A DNA stretch of 64,000 nt from Thecamonas trahens ATCC 50062 (GCF_000142905.1 NW_013657663.1:469785-533784), one strand, 5' to 3'. Shown: positions 13,037 to 26,100, counted from the stretch's first letter. The notes: generated by a model from the letters alone, not told the origin. Translations and numbers: made by a program.

Positions 13037-15069
13037 ATGGCGTACGTATAACCCCACCCCATCCCCCTTCTTCTCCTTCCCATATACAGTGCACTCTATA
13101 TGTGTGTGAGTATGTGTGTGAGTATGTATGTGTGTGTGTGTGAGCTGGTGATGGTGACGGCAGTGGTCGTGGTGGCGGAGGGCGGTGTGTGACCCCCCCC
13201 CCCCCCCCCCCCCCACTCCCCACACGTCATGGTGACAGAGGCAAGAACGGGGGGGGAGGGAGGGAGGGTGGGGGGGCAGGAGTTAGGAGTATGGCAGGAG
13301 TGAAGAGTGTGGAGAGTATGTGGGCTTGAGAAACTTACTCTGAGAGTGGATTGGGTCTCATGTTGGCTATGACTGTGGTGGTGGCTATGGCTGCGGTGGT
13401 GGTGACTGTGGTGGTGGCTGTGGGCTGTGGGCTGTGGGCTGTGACTCTCGCCTTGGGCTGTGACTCTCGCTTTGGGCTGTGGTGGTGGCTGTGGGCTGTG
13501 GTGGTGGCTGTGGGCTGTGGTGGTGGCTGTGGGCTGTGGTGGTGGGCTGTGATGACGGACTGTGGTCTGTGATGGCGGACTGTGGGCTGTGACTCCTCTC
13601 GTGCAATCGTGTGACGCGCCCAACTCTCTGCGAGCAGTGCCACTACCCTCAACAACGAGCAGGCGCTCGCTTACTGCGTCAACAAGTGGGATGAGACCAT
13701 CATCCCGACGCTCTCGGAGTACATCGAGATCCCGAACCAGTCGCCCGACTACGACCCCGAGTGGGCAACGAACGGGTACATGGACCAGGCCGTCAACCTC
13801 ATGGTCGAGTGGGTGAAGAAGCAGGACGTTGCCGGCCTCGCCATCGAGGTTGTCAAGGACGAGGGCCGCACGCCGCTCATCTACATTGTCATTGACGCCT
13901 TTAACGGTGGCCCGAGCGAGAACACCGTCATGCTCTACGCGCACCTCGACAAGCAGCCGCCGATGACCGAGAACTGGTCCGAGGGCCTTGGCCCGCACCT
14001 GCCGGTCATCCGCGACGGCCGCCTGTTTGGCCGCGGCGGCGCCGACGACGGCTACGGCATCTTTGCCTCGATCACCGCCATCAAGGCGCTCCAGGACCAG
14101 GGCGTCCCGCACTCGCGCTCGGTCATCCTCGTCGAGGCCTCGGAAGAGTCCGGCTCGACCGACCTCACTCACTACGTCACCTCGCTTGCCGACCGCATCG
14201 GTGCCGTCGACTTTGTCGTCTGCCTCGACTCGGGCACCGGCGACCTCCAGCACCTCTGGTCGACCACCTCGCTCCGCGGCGTCGTCAACGTCAACCTCAA
14301 GGTCGACATCCTCAACGACGGTGTCCACTCGGGCGCGGCGTCGGGCATCGTGCCGGACTCTTTCCGCATCGCCCGCATGCTCCTCAACCGCATCGAGAAC
14401 CCTGAGACCGGCGAGCTCATTGGCGCCCCGTTCCACGTCGACATCCCGCAGACCCGCGTTGACCAGGCCAACGCCACCGCTGGCGTCCTCGGCGAGACCG
14501 TGTACTCGAACTTCCCGTGGGCCACCGGCGCTGGGCCGACCACCACCGACTCGGCTGAGGCCATCCTCCGCAAGTCGTGGAAGCCGACGCTTTCCGTCAC
14601 CGGCGCCGACGGCCTGCCGCCGTCGGCTGTCGCCGGCAACGTCCTCCGCGCCTCGACCACCCTCAAGCTCTCCTTCCGCCTGCCGCCCACCGCCGACGCT
14701 GACGCCGCCTCGGCCTTTATCGTCAAGGAGCTCACCCGCGACCCGCCCTACGGCGCCACCGTCACCGTCTCGGGCGACCACGGCGCGTCCGGCTGGGAGG
14801 CCCCGGCCGAGGCCGAGTGGCAGCTCGCCGCCATGCACGGCGCCTCGCAGGCCTTCTACGGCAACGACGCCATGTTCATCGGCGAGGGCGGTTCTATCCC
14901 CTTCATGGGCCTCCTCGGCGAGCGCTTCCCCTCGGCCCTCTTCATGGTCACTGGCGTCCTCGACGGCATCTCCAACGCCCACGGCCCCGACGAGTCGTTC
15001 GACCTCGACTTTGCCAAGAAGCTCACCGCCTCGGTCGCCTTCATCATCGCTGCCCACGCCTCCAAGTAG
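13037..15069 (+). CDS. M20 family metallopeptidase (DapE/dipeptidase-like), 2 exons: 13037-13041 and 13638-15069
   Basis: Motifs YAHLDKQPP, GRGGADDGY, EASEESGS, CLDSG, HSG, GGSIPF, NAHGPDE. The frame stays open upstream of 13780 (NKWDETIIPTLSEYIEIPNQSP). ATGGC|GTACGT...GAGCAG|T GCC splices in frame to MAATTLNNEQ. Confidence 0.93.
13365..13592. repeat. Degenerate (GGCTGT/GGGCTGT/GGT) simple-repeat tract inside the M20 peptidase intron
   Basis: Many tandem GGCTGTG/GGTGGT units and a duplicated GGCTGTGACTCTCGC are directly visible. Confidence 0.9.
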
Positions 15070-15461
15070 CTCTTGAACCCACGCGCATCTGATAAATGCA
15101 GCCCTAGTGTGTGGTCCGACCGCCACCTCTCCCGCCACCTGTTATCCTTCGCCTGTCGTTTGCCGCCTGCACCGCTCTCTTCCTTTCACCACCACCGGCT
15201 CGAACCGCCCCACGTCCGGCCCCACCCATGTCGCTACAGGCAGCAGAGGCCAGCCCCCTTCTTGTCTCCAACACCAAAGCCGTGGAATCTCAGCACACAG
15301 CACCGTCAAGACTAGTACGCGACAGCTGATGATGAGTAGTAGCCAGGCAGAGGGTTGAGCAAGCAGCTGCCACTCGGCCTCGGGCTCGGCCACGGCCACG
15401 GGCTCGGCCACGGGCTCGGGCTCGGACCGGCCGAGTTGTCACTCACACATCACCCCATCAC

Positions 15462-17193
15462 ATGGATGGCGACGTTCCAATGACAGACAAACAAGACACT
15501 TGCGTTGTATGTCCTGCCATCGTTTGCCTTTGCGGCTTCGCTCAACTTTCTCAACACCTATCAGTTCCGATACTACTCGGATGAGTACCACGTCCCACTC
15601 CGCAACCTCAACATCGCTTTCCTTGGCTTGCAGCTGGTGTTGTTTGTGGGCATCCCAGTTCTAGGTTGGATCACCGATGTGACGCAGACCAGGTTTGGCC
15701 GGCGGCGGCCGTTTATCGCTCTCTTTGGTCCACTGCTCATGGCCATTCTCTTCCTCGGCATGTATCCCATGATCACCAGCTCGGTCACGATCCTCACCGT
15801 CTGGTTTGCCACCACATACGCGCTCGAGTGCCTTGTCACCCTCCTCTTCCTCTCACCGTACCAGGCACTGGGCATCGAGCTCACCCTCGACTCTGCCGAG
15901 CGCAACCGGCTTTTCGGCGCAACACAGACGTTGTACCAGCTGGGCGTCATCGTGTCGACCGCCGTGCCTGAGGCACTGGCGTCAACCGTCGCGTCACGCC
16001 GCAAGGTCTACATGTTGTTCGGCGGTGCATCGGGCATCCTCGGCTGCGTCACCATGCTCACGCTGGCATTCAGCGTCTCGGAGGCCTCATGCTTTGTGAT
16101 GGAGAAGCGGACACCGCTGATCCCGGGCCTCATTCGGACGCTGGCCAACCCTGCATTTGGCATCCTCCTTGCCACCATCACCCTCCTCAACTGCCAGCCG
16201 TACTTTCTGGTCCTCCTCCCGTACTGGGTCAAGTACTCGCTTCAGCTCGACTCGTTCTGGCAGGCAGCCATCATGACGACCTACATGACCGGCGCCTTTG
16301 TCTTTATTCCGTTCTGGACCTGGCTGGCCGGGCGGATTGGCAAGAAGCGAACGTACCTGCTGTCGATGGCGGTCGCCGTGGTCGCCTTCTCGGCGCTCTT
16401 GCTGGTGCACTCGGGCGATAAGATCGGCGCGGCCATCGCCGCTTTTGCCGCCGGCGCTACCGGGCTCTCGCTCAACTCGTACAACTTTCTTTTCCAGTCG
16501 ATCCTCGCCGACCTCATCGAGTACGACGCACTGCTGACGGGCTACCGCCGCGAGGCGCAGTACGCCAACATGGTTCAGCTCTTCAATGCGCTCACCTCTG
16601 TCATGTCGGTCTCACTTCCGCTGTTCATCATGGACGCTGTCGGCTTCAAGGCCGACGTCGTCCAGCCCGAGCGAGTCCAGACTACCATCACGCTGCTCCT
16701 CGGCCCGGGCTGCGCTCTGTTTGTCGCTCTCGCAGCCGGCGTCTTTACCTTTTACCCCATCACCTCACGGGTTCATGCTGCCATCCGTGCCGGCCTCGAC
16801 GCACACGCCGCTGGCAAGCCCGCCGACGATCCGGTCACCGGCACCGTCGTCCTGCCTCCGGCCGCAACCGCCAATCCTGTTCCCGAGGCCACCGCTTGGT
16901 TTCTCGACCACTTCTTTCGCTTTGAGCTCCGATGGGCGCTTCTCCCGATCCCACAGCCGTACGCGCTGCTCAAACTTGTCGTTGGCTGGATCGTTCTCTC
17001 GTCTGCCGTCACCGCCGGCTCTGTCGCCTGGATCGTCACCGATGTCAACAAGTACCTCGAAGCGGGCGCGTTTGTTGGCATGGTCGCCGTCGCGCTTCTC
17101 ATCTTCAATCTCTGCCGCATCGGTCCAGCACTCGACTTTGCCTCGGCGCCAATCCCTGTCGGTGTTATTGTGGCGCACACCGGTAGCGGATGA
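15462..17193 (+). CDS. MFS / GPH-family (Na+/melibiose symporter-like, MFSD2-like) transporter
   Basis: ORF 15505-17193 with GWITD..TRFGRRRPFI, PYQALGIELT...ERNRL, RIGKK, LADLIEYD...G.RRE and 12 or more hydrophobic helices. The start is uncertain: ATG 15462 needs a 1-nt correction at 15489-15491, or TGACAG at 15481-15486 is a splice acceptor. Confidence 0.88.
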
Positions 17194-17640
17194 CGCCCGA
17201 CCAATCGCCACGTCGCTCCCTCTCGCCGTCATGATCCCTTGATTGTCTCCCCTCCCCCTTCCGCCTACCATTGTCCTTTGGCCATGAGTATTTCTCGCCA
17301 TGGACTCTCTGATCCAGAACAACCGCTTGCGCATACCATGAATCGGCGATGTTCGTAGCCTCGCCCGCCTCCGTCTACCACTATCCGATTTCCCCACTAC
17401 CCTCAAACCACATCCCTCGATAGCCACCAGGCCTATTTCGACCACTCACAAGCATATCTACGCTGTGTACAGAGACATGGCCCCAGGCGAGTCGTCATGA
17501 TCGCACCTGATTCCTCTCCACTATGCAAATGGTCGGCGACAAACTGGCGACAAACTGGCGACAACCGAGACACTCGGACCAGACCGGAGCAAGCCGACAG
17601 ACGACGAGCAGCACGTCACTCTCAGAACAGAGCGGTGGGT

Positions 17641-20600
17641 ATGGGCTCCAAGCTCTCCACCAAGAAGCTTCGTCGACTTGTTGAGCGTGGTGATGAGGCC
17701 AATGCCTTACTTCTCATTGCAGAGGCAAACAACCGCAACAAGCAGTTGAGTACGTCGACGTAGAAGGAGGCGGGAGGCGGGGAAGAGGCTACGTGGGCCA
17801 GGCCATGTGGCGCGTGGAGGGGGGCCGGGCCATGTGGCGCGTGGAGGGGGCATGTTGGGTATGTTGGGCATGTTGGCTTTTTCTTTTTTCTTCCCTTTTT
17901 GTTTTTGCAGGTCAACACAAGGAGCGGGGCTGGTCACATGTTACTTGTATGACTGACGATGTGATATGGTGGCTGGTTGTTGACGGCTGGTGATGTGACT
18001 GGCGGTGGTGATCTTGCTGGCTCGGATGATCTGGGTGACTGTGGCAGATCTGGGCGTGGTCTTCACGAGTCACGACTCGATCACGCTGCTGCACCTGGCG
18101 GCGCTGATGGGCATGCCCAATCTTGTTCGCGTTCTACTCGACTCGGACGCGGTTGACATCAACCGGACGACCCAGAGCTCGGGTAGATCGCCTCTGCACT
18201 TTGTGTGCTCACCGACCAAGATGCTGCTGTCGCAGTTTACCCCCGGCGAGCGTGCGGCGGTGGCACGGATCCGAGTCGATCTGGCCAATGCCCTATCAGC
18301 TACGCCCGAGACAACGATGGAGATGGCGCTGGCGGCCCTGAGTGCCGGGGACCGCGCTCTTTATTCCGCCGCCGTCCGGCAGGACGCCAACAACCGCGAG
18401 GTGCTCGAGCTCCTGCTGGCGCGGGAAGACATCAACGTCTCGTTGGCAACAACAGAGGGAGTCACGCCGCTGCACCAGACCGCGTACGACGGCTACTTGC
18501 ACGGGATGGAACGGCTTGTTGCGACCGGCCGGGTCGATGCCAGTGCACAGGACGCCCGCGGCAACACGCCGCTGCACCAGGCTGCCATGCAGGGTTTTGA
18601 CGCCGGCGTCGAGCTGCTGCTCGCCATTGGTCGGACTCGCTACCTCACGATGTCACCGATCAATGTCATGATCCGCAACAACAAGGGCCGTACACCGCTC
18701 GAGGCAGCAGCCTCCCGCGGCAAGTGGGCCTCGGTCCGCCTTCTGCTCGAGGCCGGAACCGCGGTCCTGCCGCACCCGGACGACCCAGCGTTCTCTGCGC
18801 TCGGCCTGGGCTTTATCCGTGACACGCTCGACGAAGTCATCGACGGTGACGACGATGGGCTCGGCCTCAACGATGACGATGCGTCGTCGGGCTCGCTCTC
18901 GGGCGCACCTCCCGAGACTCCCGCCGGCCTGCGCCGACTCGGTCGCGACTGGGCCTACCGCGTCCACGTCTCGGGCTCGGACGGTGGCTCGTCCGACTCG
19001 GCCGAGGAGGCCGGCTGGTCACGATCGCGCGCTCGTATGTCGAGCTTTCCCGACGTCGGCACAAGCTCCGATGCAGGCGAGGCCGCGTCGTCGTCGCGGG
19101 TCCCTGCCGAGCGGCAGGTCGCGCTCGACACGGCCGAGATTGGCGACGAGCGCGACGATCGCATTCTCGCCGTCGTCGCGGCGCTCGACGTCTCGCCCGG
19201 AGCGGCGCTCGCACTGCTGCAGCACAACACTTGGGACGCCGACGCGACCATCGCCTGGTACCTGCGCAACCCGGCTGCGGCGTGCGATGCGTGCGGAATC
19301 CTCAACCAGGAAGAGGTTCAGGAGGCGCGTGCGCTGCGCGCCGACACTACCATGTGCCTCATCTGCATGGACGACATCGATGACGGTATGGTGGAGGCAA
19401 CCGACTGCGCCCACGTCTTTTGTCGCGCGTGCTGGGCGTCGTACCTCGGCGTCGCCATCCGCGACGCCGCTGTCCGTGTGGTCACCTGCCCGGGTGTCGG
19501 GTGCGCGGCCCAGGTTGCCGACGCCGTTGTCGAGCGCCTTGTCGAGCCCGAAACCTACCAGCGCTATCTCCGGTTCAAGGTCCAGGCCTTTGTCGACGAA
19601 GATCCGCGGACCAAGTGGTGTCCCGCGCCCGGATGCGAGCTCGCTGTCGAGGCGCCACCGACTTGGGTCGTCGACGGACCGGGCACCGAGGAGAGCACCG
19701 ACGGCGCCGGGCCATCGTCTGACTCGACGCCGCCGTCCGGACACCTCCGGTCCAACGTTCGCAACGCCGAGTGCGGTGCCGGACACACGTTCTGCTTTGC
19801 CTGCGCCGGCCCAGCCCACGAGCCGGCGGCGTGCTCGATGCTCCGGCGGTGGGACGACGCCATGTCGCGCAAGCTCAAGCAGCCGAGAAGCGATGAGAAG
19901 ACCCGGCAGTACCTGCTCAACGAGGGCATTCGGGTCTGTCCCAACCCGGCGTGTGACAGGCTGCTCTCACGCAACGGCGGCTGTAACCACTTTCGCTGCG
20001 GCGGCCACGGCGGTGGGACATCCGGCTGCGGCTACGAGTTCTGCTGGGTCTGTCTCTCGCCGTGGCGCGGACACACGTCGGCTATCTGCTCGCGCGGCAA
20101 GAGTACGCTCGCCAAGCGGCTGCGTGAGGGCGCAGCTGAGGCGACCATCCAGCGCGACGAGCGCTTCGAACATCACTTTACCCGGTTTCGGACCCACTGG
20201 CTCTCGGAAGAGGTGGAGACCAAGCTGCGGGCTGCAACCGAGGAGGTCATCGCCATGGTCCACGACGTCATGCCCGACCGGGTCTCGATGCACTTTCTCC
20301 GCCTCGCCTGCCAGGCGCTCATTCAAGCGCGGGCCACGCTCAAGTACGCCTATGTCCGCGCGTACTTTATGCAGGACGGGCTCGAGCTGCGCACCCACGA
20401 GCATGCGGTTGCCACCCTAGAGCGGTACGTCGAGAGCCTCTCGGCCGTCCTTGCGCTGCCGTACCAGACCGAACTCAACGTCAGCCATCGCGGAAACATT
20501 GCGCTGCTCAGGTTTGCCATGTTTATCTGGCTCTCACGCTCGCGGGTCTGGCGGCTGACAACGCTTGTCGACTCTTGTCGGCGCAACCTGCTCGAGGTCG

Positions 20601-21181
20601 CCCACGGCGGCCACACCCAGATCCGCCACGTGGCCACCCCGTCGACCTCGCGCAGCTTTCCGCCCGCGCCGCGGTTCATGTCGGGCCCACAATCAGACGC
20701 CGGCCGGAGGGCATGCTCAGCCTGTGGCGAAATGCTCCCACGGAGCTCGTTTTCCAAGCGCCAGTGGGCGTTTGTCTCGGCGCGCCGCCGCTGCACCGCA
20801 TGCATTGTCGCCAACCGGCCGTCGTCGTCCGGCGTGGTCACAAGCGCAAGGCAGGCTGCTTCTGACAACGATTCTGACGACAGCGATCCAGAGCTGGTCA
20901 ATATCGCCGGCTTGTCATCGGCACCCGGCGGCGCCTCGTGGCACCGCCAGATGTTCTCAACCACGGGTGCACCAGCGTCCGACTTTGACGGTCAGGTTTC
21001 ATCGACCGTCGTTGTCTCGTCGTCGTTCAAGAGGTCAGCGCCCGTCAAGCTTGCGCATCCCAGCGGGGACGGCGCGTCATCGTCATCGTCTTCGATTCCG
21101 GCAGCCCACACCAGCGCCCCGTCTGGCCGTCCCAAGTGGTTCTATGACCAGTACGCGCAAAAGTGGGTCAAGAGCCTCTGA
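17641..21181 (+). CDS. ANKIB1: Ankyrin repeat and IBR domain RBR E3 ubiquitin ligase (ANKIB1-like), intron 17750-18047
   Basis: Exon 1 MGSKLSTKKLRRLVERGDEANA resembles the ANKIB1 N-terminus. GTACGT...GGCAG splices in frame. Ankyrin TPLH repeats, UBA-like segment, RING1 (CLIC...CAHVFCRAC), IBR (KWCPAPGC...C.AGHTFCFAC), RING2 (NGGCNHFRC...EFCWVC) and an Ariadne-type helical region follow. Confidence 0.9.
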
Positions 21182-21251
21182 TGGCGAGTGCTCCACACAA
21201 AGCACACTTGTCTTCAATCAGACGCGGCGGAGAGGGATTGGCGGTGTGGCG

Positions 21252-22199
21252 ATGATACGGTTTGCCTTAAAGCTTGCTTTTCATGGCGGCGCGTTCTGCG
21301 GATGGCAACGACAGGCGGCTGCGCCGCTGCCCACGGTACAGGAGACGATGGAGAAGGCATGTGCGGCGCTGATGGGCAAGCACGCGCCTGCTAGTGGACG
21401 GATGCACGTGGTTGGAGCGGGCCGGACGGATGCTGGGGTGCATGCGACGGGAATGGTAGCGCACGTGGATCTCCCGGGCGAGGTGCTCTCGCCCAGCCTT
21501 GTCAACGACAACGCGACCATGGAGCGTGCGCTGCGGGCGCATGTGCGCAAGGCGATCGGGCGGCGCGACGAAGACATGCTCTCTGTCCTCGCCATCAAGC
21601 CGATGAGCAAGCGATGGCACGCTCGGTTCTCCTCGACGGGCAAGACATACACATACTCTGTGGTCGACGACGCGGCCGGCGGCGTTGCTGCCCTGTCAGT
21701 CGAGGACATGGCCATGACGCCGTTTGTCTGGCGGCTACCGACCAACTCGCCGCGTCGTCCGCTCGACGTGCCCGCCATGACTGCTGCTGCCGCCGCCATG
21801 GAGGGCACCCACGACTTTGGCGCCTTCCGAGCCTCGTCGTGCTCGTCGACCCGGGTTGTCCGCACCATGGACGCCGTCCGCGTCGACGCCAGCCAGAGCG
21901 CGGGCGGAGCACGGACCGTTGTCCGCATTACCTGCGCCTCGCGTGCCTTTATGCACCACCAAGTCCGGAACATGGTCGGTGCCCTTGTCGACGTCGGCCT
22001 CGGCAAGCTCACCGTCGGAGACGTTCAGGCGCTCCTGCTCCCTCCAGCCGATCCGGCACAGCCGCACAGATCCCGAACTGAGCTCGAGTCCAAGACGGCA
22101 CCCGCACGCGGCCTTGTCCTCACAGACGTCTTCTACGCTAACCACCCGAAGCTTCCGTTCACCACATCGACCGCCTATGACGCCGACTATGGCCCGTGA
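21252..22199 (+). CDS. tRNA pseudouridine synthase, TruA family (PUSL1/bacterial-like)
   Basis: FHGGAFCGWQRQ, catalytic AGRTDAGVHA, WHARFS, GTHDFGAFR, AFMHHQVRNMVG, TAPARGLVL. ATG at 21252 is the plausible start within ORF 20565-22199. Confidence 0.95.
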   Translation: MIRFALKLAFHGGAFCGWQRQAAAPLPTVQETMEKACAALMGKHAPASGRMHVVGAGRTDAGVHATGMVAHVDLPGEVLSPSLVNDNATMERALRAHVRKAIGRRDEDMLSVLAIKPMSKRWHARFSSTGKTYTYSVVDDAAGGVAALSVEDMAMTPFVWRLPTNSPRRPLDVPAMTAAAAAMEGTHDFGAFRASSCSSTRVVRTMDAVRVDASQSAGGARTVVRITCASRAFMHHQVRNMVGALVDVGLGKLTVGDVQALLLPPADPAQPHRSRTELESKTAPARGLVLTDVFYANHPKLPFTTSTAYDADYGP

Positions 22200-22547
22200 G
22201 TGTGAGCGGGCTGCCGAACGATGCTGCCACCATGGAGGCTGCTATTGGCAGGGAGGGCGACAGTGATGGCGGTGGCGACGATGATGGCGGCAGTTCAGCA
22301 GTTCACCACGACGACCGACGACATCGCTCTCCTTCTTCCCCCCCCCCCCCCCCCCCCGGGGGGTGGCAGTGGGGGGGGGGCAAAAAGCCACAGAAAAAGA
22401 GGGGGGGGGCCCCCAAAAAAAAAAAAGCGCCCCCTATTTAAGGGGGCCGGGGGGCGTGTTTTTCCTTCTTGAGGGGGGGTATTTCCCCCTCCCCCCCCAA
22501 AAGAAAAAAAAAAAAAAAAATTCTTTTCTTAACCCCGCCCCCCCCCC

Positions 22548-22647
22548 NNNNNNNNNNNNNNNNNNNNNNNNNNNNNNNNNNNNNNNNNNNNNNNNNNNNN
22601 NNNNNNNNNNNNNNNNNNNNNNNNNNNNNNNNNNNNNNNNNNNNNNN
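22548..22647. other. Assembly gap (100 N) flanked by low-quality homopolymer-rich sequence (~22340-22715)
   Basis: Run of N with long C/G/A homopolymers on both sides. Confidence 0.99.
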
Positions 22648-23138
22648 AAAAGAGCACGCCCCCCACCCCCCCAAACCTACACCTCTTATCTTTCTCTCTC
22701 TGTCCCCCCCCCCCCCAACAACATCGAGCTGTGGTATATATCAAGCGTAGTAGAAAGCAGGTATGTATCAACTGGTCTTGTCAGTGGGTTTACAGCGGTG
22801 GTGGAGCTGGTCGTGGCTGTCTCCTGCTCCCCGCGTGGGTTGGTGGTGCCTTGCGGTCACCTACCTTTTTTTGCGGGCCGCTGATGGAAACGTACTGCTC
22901 CAGTCGAAACAGCAGCATGCGCATGCGCTGACCCCCCCCCCCCCCCCCCCCCCCCCCCCCTTCTACCAATCTGCGAGTGTGGCGTGTAGTGCTGATGGAG
23001 CTAGTCATAATCACCTTTTGTCAGCCGCCACGTGTTGTGTCCGACTTTGATGCTGCTGCTTGAAAACCTGCCTGATATTGTTGCTTCTTGTCGTGGCCAA
23101 TTCATGGATTCACCTCATTCGTTGCAACAGGGCCACAG

Positions 23139-26100
23139 ATGGCCATGACTGTCAAGGGTGCGATCGTGGCGATGGTGCTGCTGCTGGTTCAAGATGCGGC
23201 TTTAGCCAGTTGCAACGTCGATTATCGGCTGCCGGCGGCAACTACGCTGGCATCGGGCTCACAACCGCACGGCGTGGTGGCGGCTGTTCTGGACTCTGGT
23301 ACCCCATTTCTCGACGTAGCGTACATCGACTTTGGAGTCGGCAGTGTGATGGTGATGACGCGGACGGGTGGCGGTGGATGGAATGTGCCGGCCTCGATTG
23401 ATTCGACGAGGACGCAGCCGCGAACGTCTGCGGTGGGAGATGTCGACGGAGACGGCTCACCAGACTTGATTGTGACCTTTGCAGCCGCCGGCTCCAATGC
23501 CATTGTTCTTTACCGCAACATCGGGTGGGATGCAACGTTTCCCGTGTCTGGTCTGCTGCAGTCGTACGCGGTGCCAGTTGGTGGCGATCCAGACGGCGTG
23601 GCCATCGGCGACATCAACGGCGACTCGCTGGTGGACGTTGTCTTTTCGCTCGCCATAGCAGACGTCATCGGCGCCTTCATGGGCACTGGCCCTGGCACAC
23701 TAGCAGCGGCACCGATCGATTTGACGTCCGCACTCCCAGCCGCACCGTCGCAGCCGTCGCAGGTCAGCATTGTCGATGTCGACGTTGACGGCATTAACGA
23801 CGTCGTCTACGTCGAGGCTTTTGGCGATCGCGTCATTGTCATGGCCGGGCGGCCCGACATTGCATCCACGCTGGCGACATCGGTGGCGGTCGTCGACTCG
23901 GCTGCCGACACGCCGTTTAGCTTTGACGTCGGTGACGTCGACGCAGATTCCCTGCCCGACATTGTCGTCGCTCTCTTTGCCGAGGACAAGATCGCGCTGT
24001 ACGTCAACCTCGGCGATCTTGCCTTTTCGTCTCGCATTACACTGGCGTCGGAGATGGATGCACCCCTGACCGTGGCCATTGCAGACCTCAACAATGACGG
24101 TGCCGTCGACGTTGTCTTTTGCGCAACATTCAGTGATGTTGTCCGCTGGATCCCGGGCAACGGCGCTGGCGGCTTTACAGCCGCCCCGCAGCGCATCGAC
24201 GACGCCCTCAGCGGCGCGCGCAACGTCATTGTCCATGACTTTGACAGCGACGGTGCGCTCGACGTGATGGCGGCAGCGTTCTTCGGCGGCGAGGTCAAGC
24301 TATACACCTTTGACCCATCGCTCTCGCCGTTTCCTTATGGGCGGCGGCTTATCTCGAACACCGCCAATGGCGCGCGCGGTGTAGACGCAGCCGACTTTGA
24401 CGGCGACGGCGCAACCGATGTGGTCTCGGCCTCGTCATTCGATAACTCGATTGTAGTGTACTACGGCGACGGCACAGGCTACCACCTCGGCAACGAAGTT
24501 TCTGTCTCGGGAGTAGCCGACGGCGTCGAGTCGGTCGTTGCTGCAGACTACGACGGCGATGGTTGGACGGACATTGCATCAGCCTCGTCCGGCTCTGGCG
24601 CCATTGAGTGGTGGCGCAACATTGGCAAACGAAACTGGGCACCGAGCCCGATGGCCATCGGCACATGCGACGGCGCGATGAAGATGTCTGGAGGCGACTT
24701 TAACAACGACGGCCTTCCCGATCTTGTTGCGGGCTGTGCCGATGCGCCGTCGCCGTCGATTTCGGCGTACATCAATGGCGATGACGGCTCGACATGGACG
24801 GTGCAAGTTGTGTACTCGACACCGTTAATAATCACCAACATGGACACTGCCGTAGGCGATATTGATGACGACGGCTTTGTCGACGTCCTGTTTGTGGCGT
24901 CGTCGGTTCGGCTCGTTGGCTGGGCGTCCAACGCTGGCGGTACCGGCTTCCTTCCCCCGACTACCATCGACACGCTTGCCATTGGGTTCACCATCGCTGC
25001 TGCACTCTGCGATGTCGATGACGACGGCGATCTCGATGTGATTTCTGCGGTCGCTAACGGCGGGGGCTCGGCTATATCGCTGTACACCCAGACGGCGCCG
25101 GGAACGATTTCGTCGACGCCAACCGACCTCGGCGGCTCGTACAACCTGCCGTACTCGATTTCATGCCGCGACGCGTCTGGCGATGGCTTTCCGGACGTGG
25201 CTGTGGCGTCCTACTCCTCGGACCAGATCTCGTGGCTCCGCAACCGCGGGCTGGGCGATGGCACATTTGAAGCACAGGAGATTCTGACGTCAACCAGCAT
25301 CGGGGCATACCGGGTCAAGATTGTCGACGTCAACAACGACGGCTTCAACGACTTGCTCTGCGCCGGCAACGATGACGACACCATCGAGTCCTTCATCCAG
25401 CGCCCCGTCCTCAACGCAACGCCGATGCCTGCGGCCTTGCCGCCGCATCCGGCAGCGGTTCCACTCAAGGTCACAGACATCTACACAGCACTGAACACGG
25501 CTTCGCAGTGCACGCCGCAGCGGATCGAGCTCGCAGCGGGCTCGGTTGTGGTCGGCGGGTGCTCGGCCGACGGGTACCTGACGGTGCCGGCCGGCGCGAT
25601 GTGGACCATTGCGGGCCCTGCCGGCGTCGCACCGGCCCTTCGGCCGCGGATCGACTGCGGCAGCGCTGGCGGTGTGATGTTTGAGGTTGGCGCCGGCGCT
25701 CAGCTCAAAATGACAGACGTGGTTCTCGCTGGCGCTACAGTCGGGTCCCAACCGTCGGCTGTGACAGGCCTCCGAGTCAGCGGCTTGGACGCGACGCTTC
25801 GCTTGGAGCGGGTTCTGGTGACCGGCTTTTCCTCTCAGGCTGCGTCGGAGCTGCAGGCGATGTCGGGCATTGGCGGCAGTCTGGCCGCGGTTGATGGCGG
25901 GAGACTGGATGCCCTCGACTCGGCCTTTGACTCGAATGTGGCCAAGGGTGTGGGCGGAGCAGTGGCGCTGGTGGGCAGCGCTCCATCGGCGCACTTTACC
26001 AACTGCAGCTTTGTGGCAAACACCGCGCTTGGAGGCGGCGGCGGAGCAGTCGCTGTCCTTGGCTCGAGTGCATCTGTGGTCTTTGACTCTGGCTCGACGC

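Noticed and set aside
13096-15138. 680-aa antisense ORF, and similar long antisense or alternate-frame ORFs across the window
   Set aside because: Expected by-product of high GC3 codon bias in the real genes.
11011-22199. CTU1 and TruA as a tRNA-modification cluster
   Set aside because: They are 9 kb apart, on opposite strands and separated by unrelated genes.
22330-22960. Poly-C/G/A tracts as G-quadruplex or regulatory elements
   Set aside because: They flank the N gap and look like low-quality read ends.
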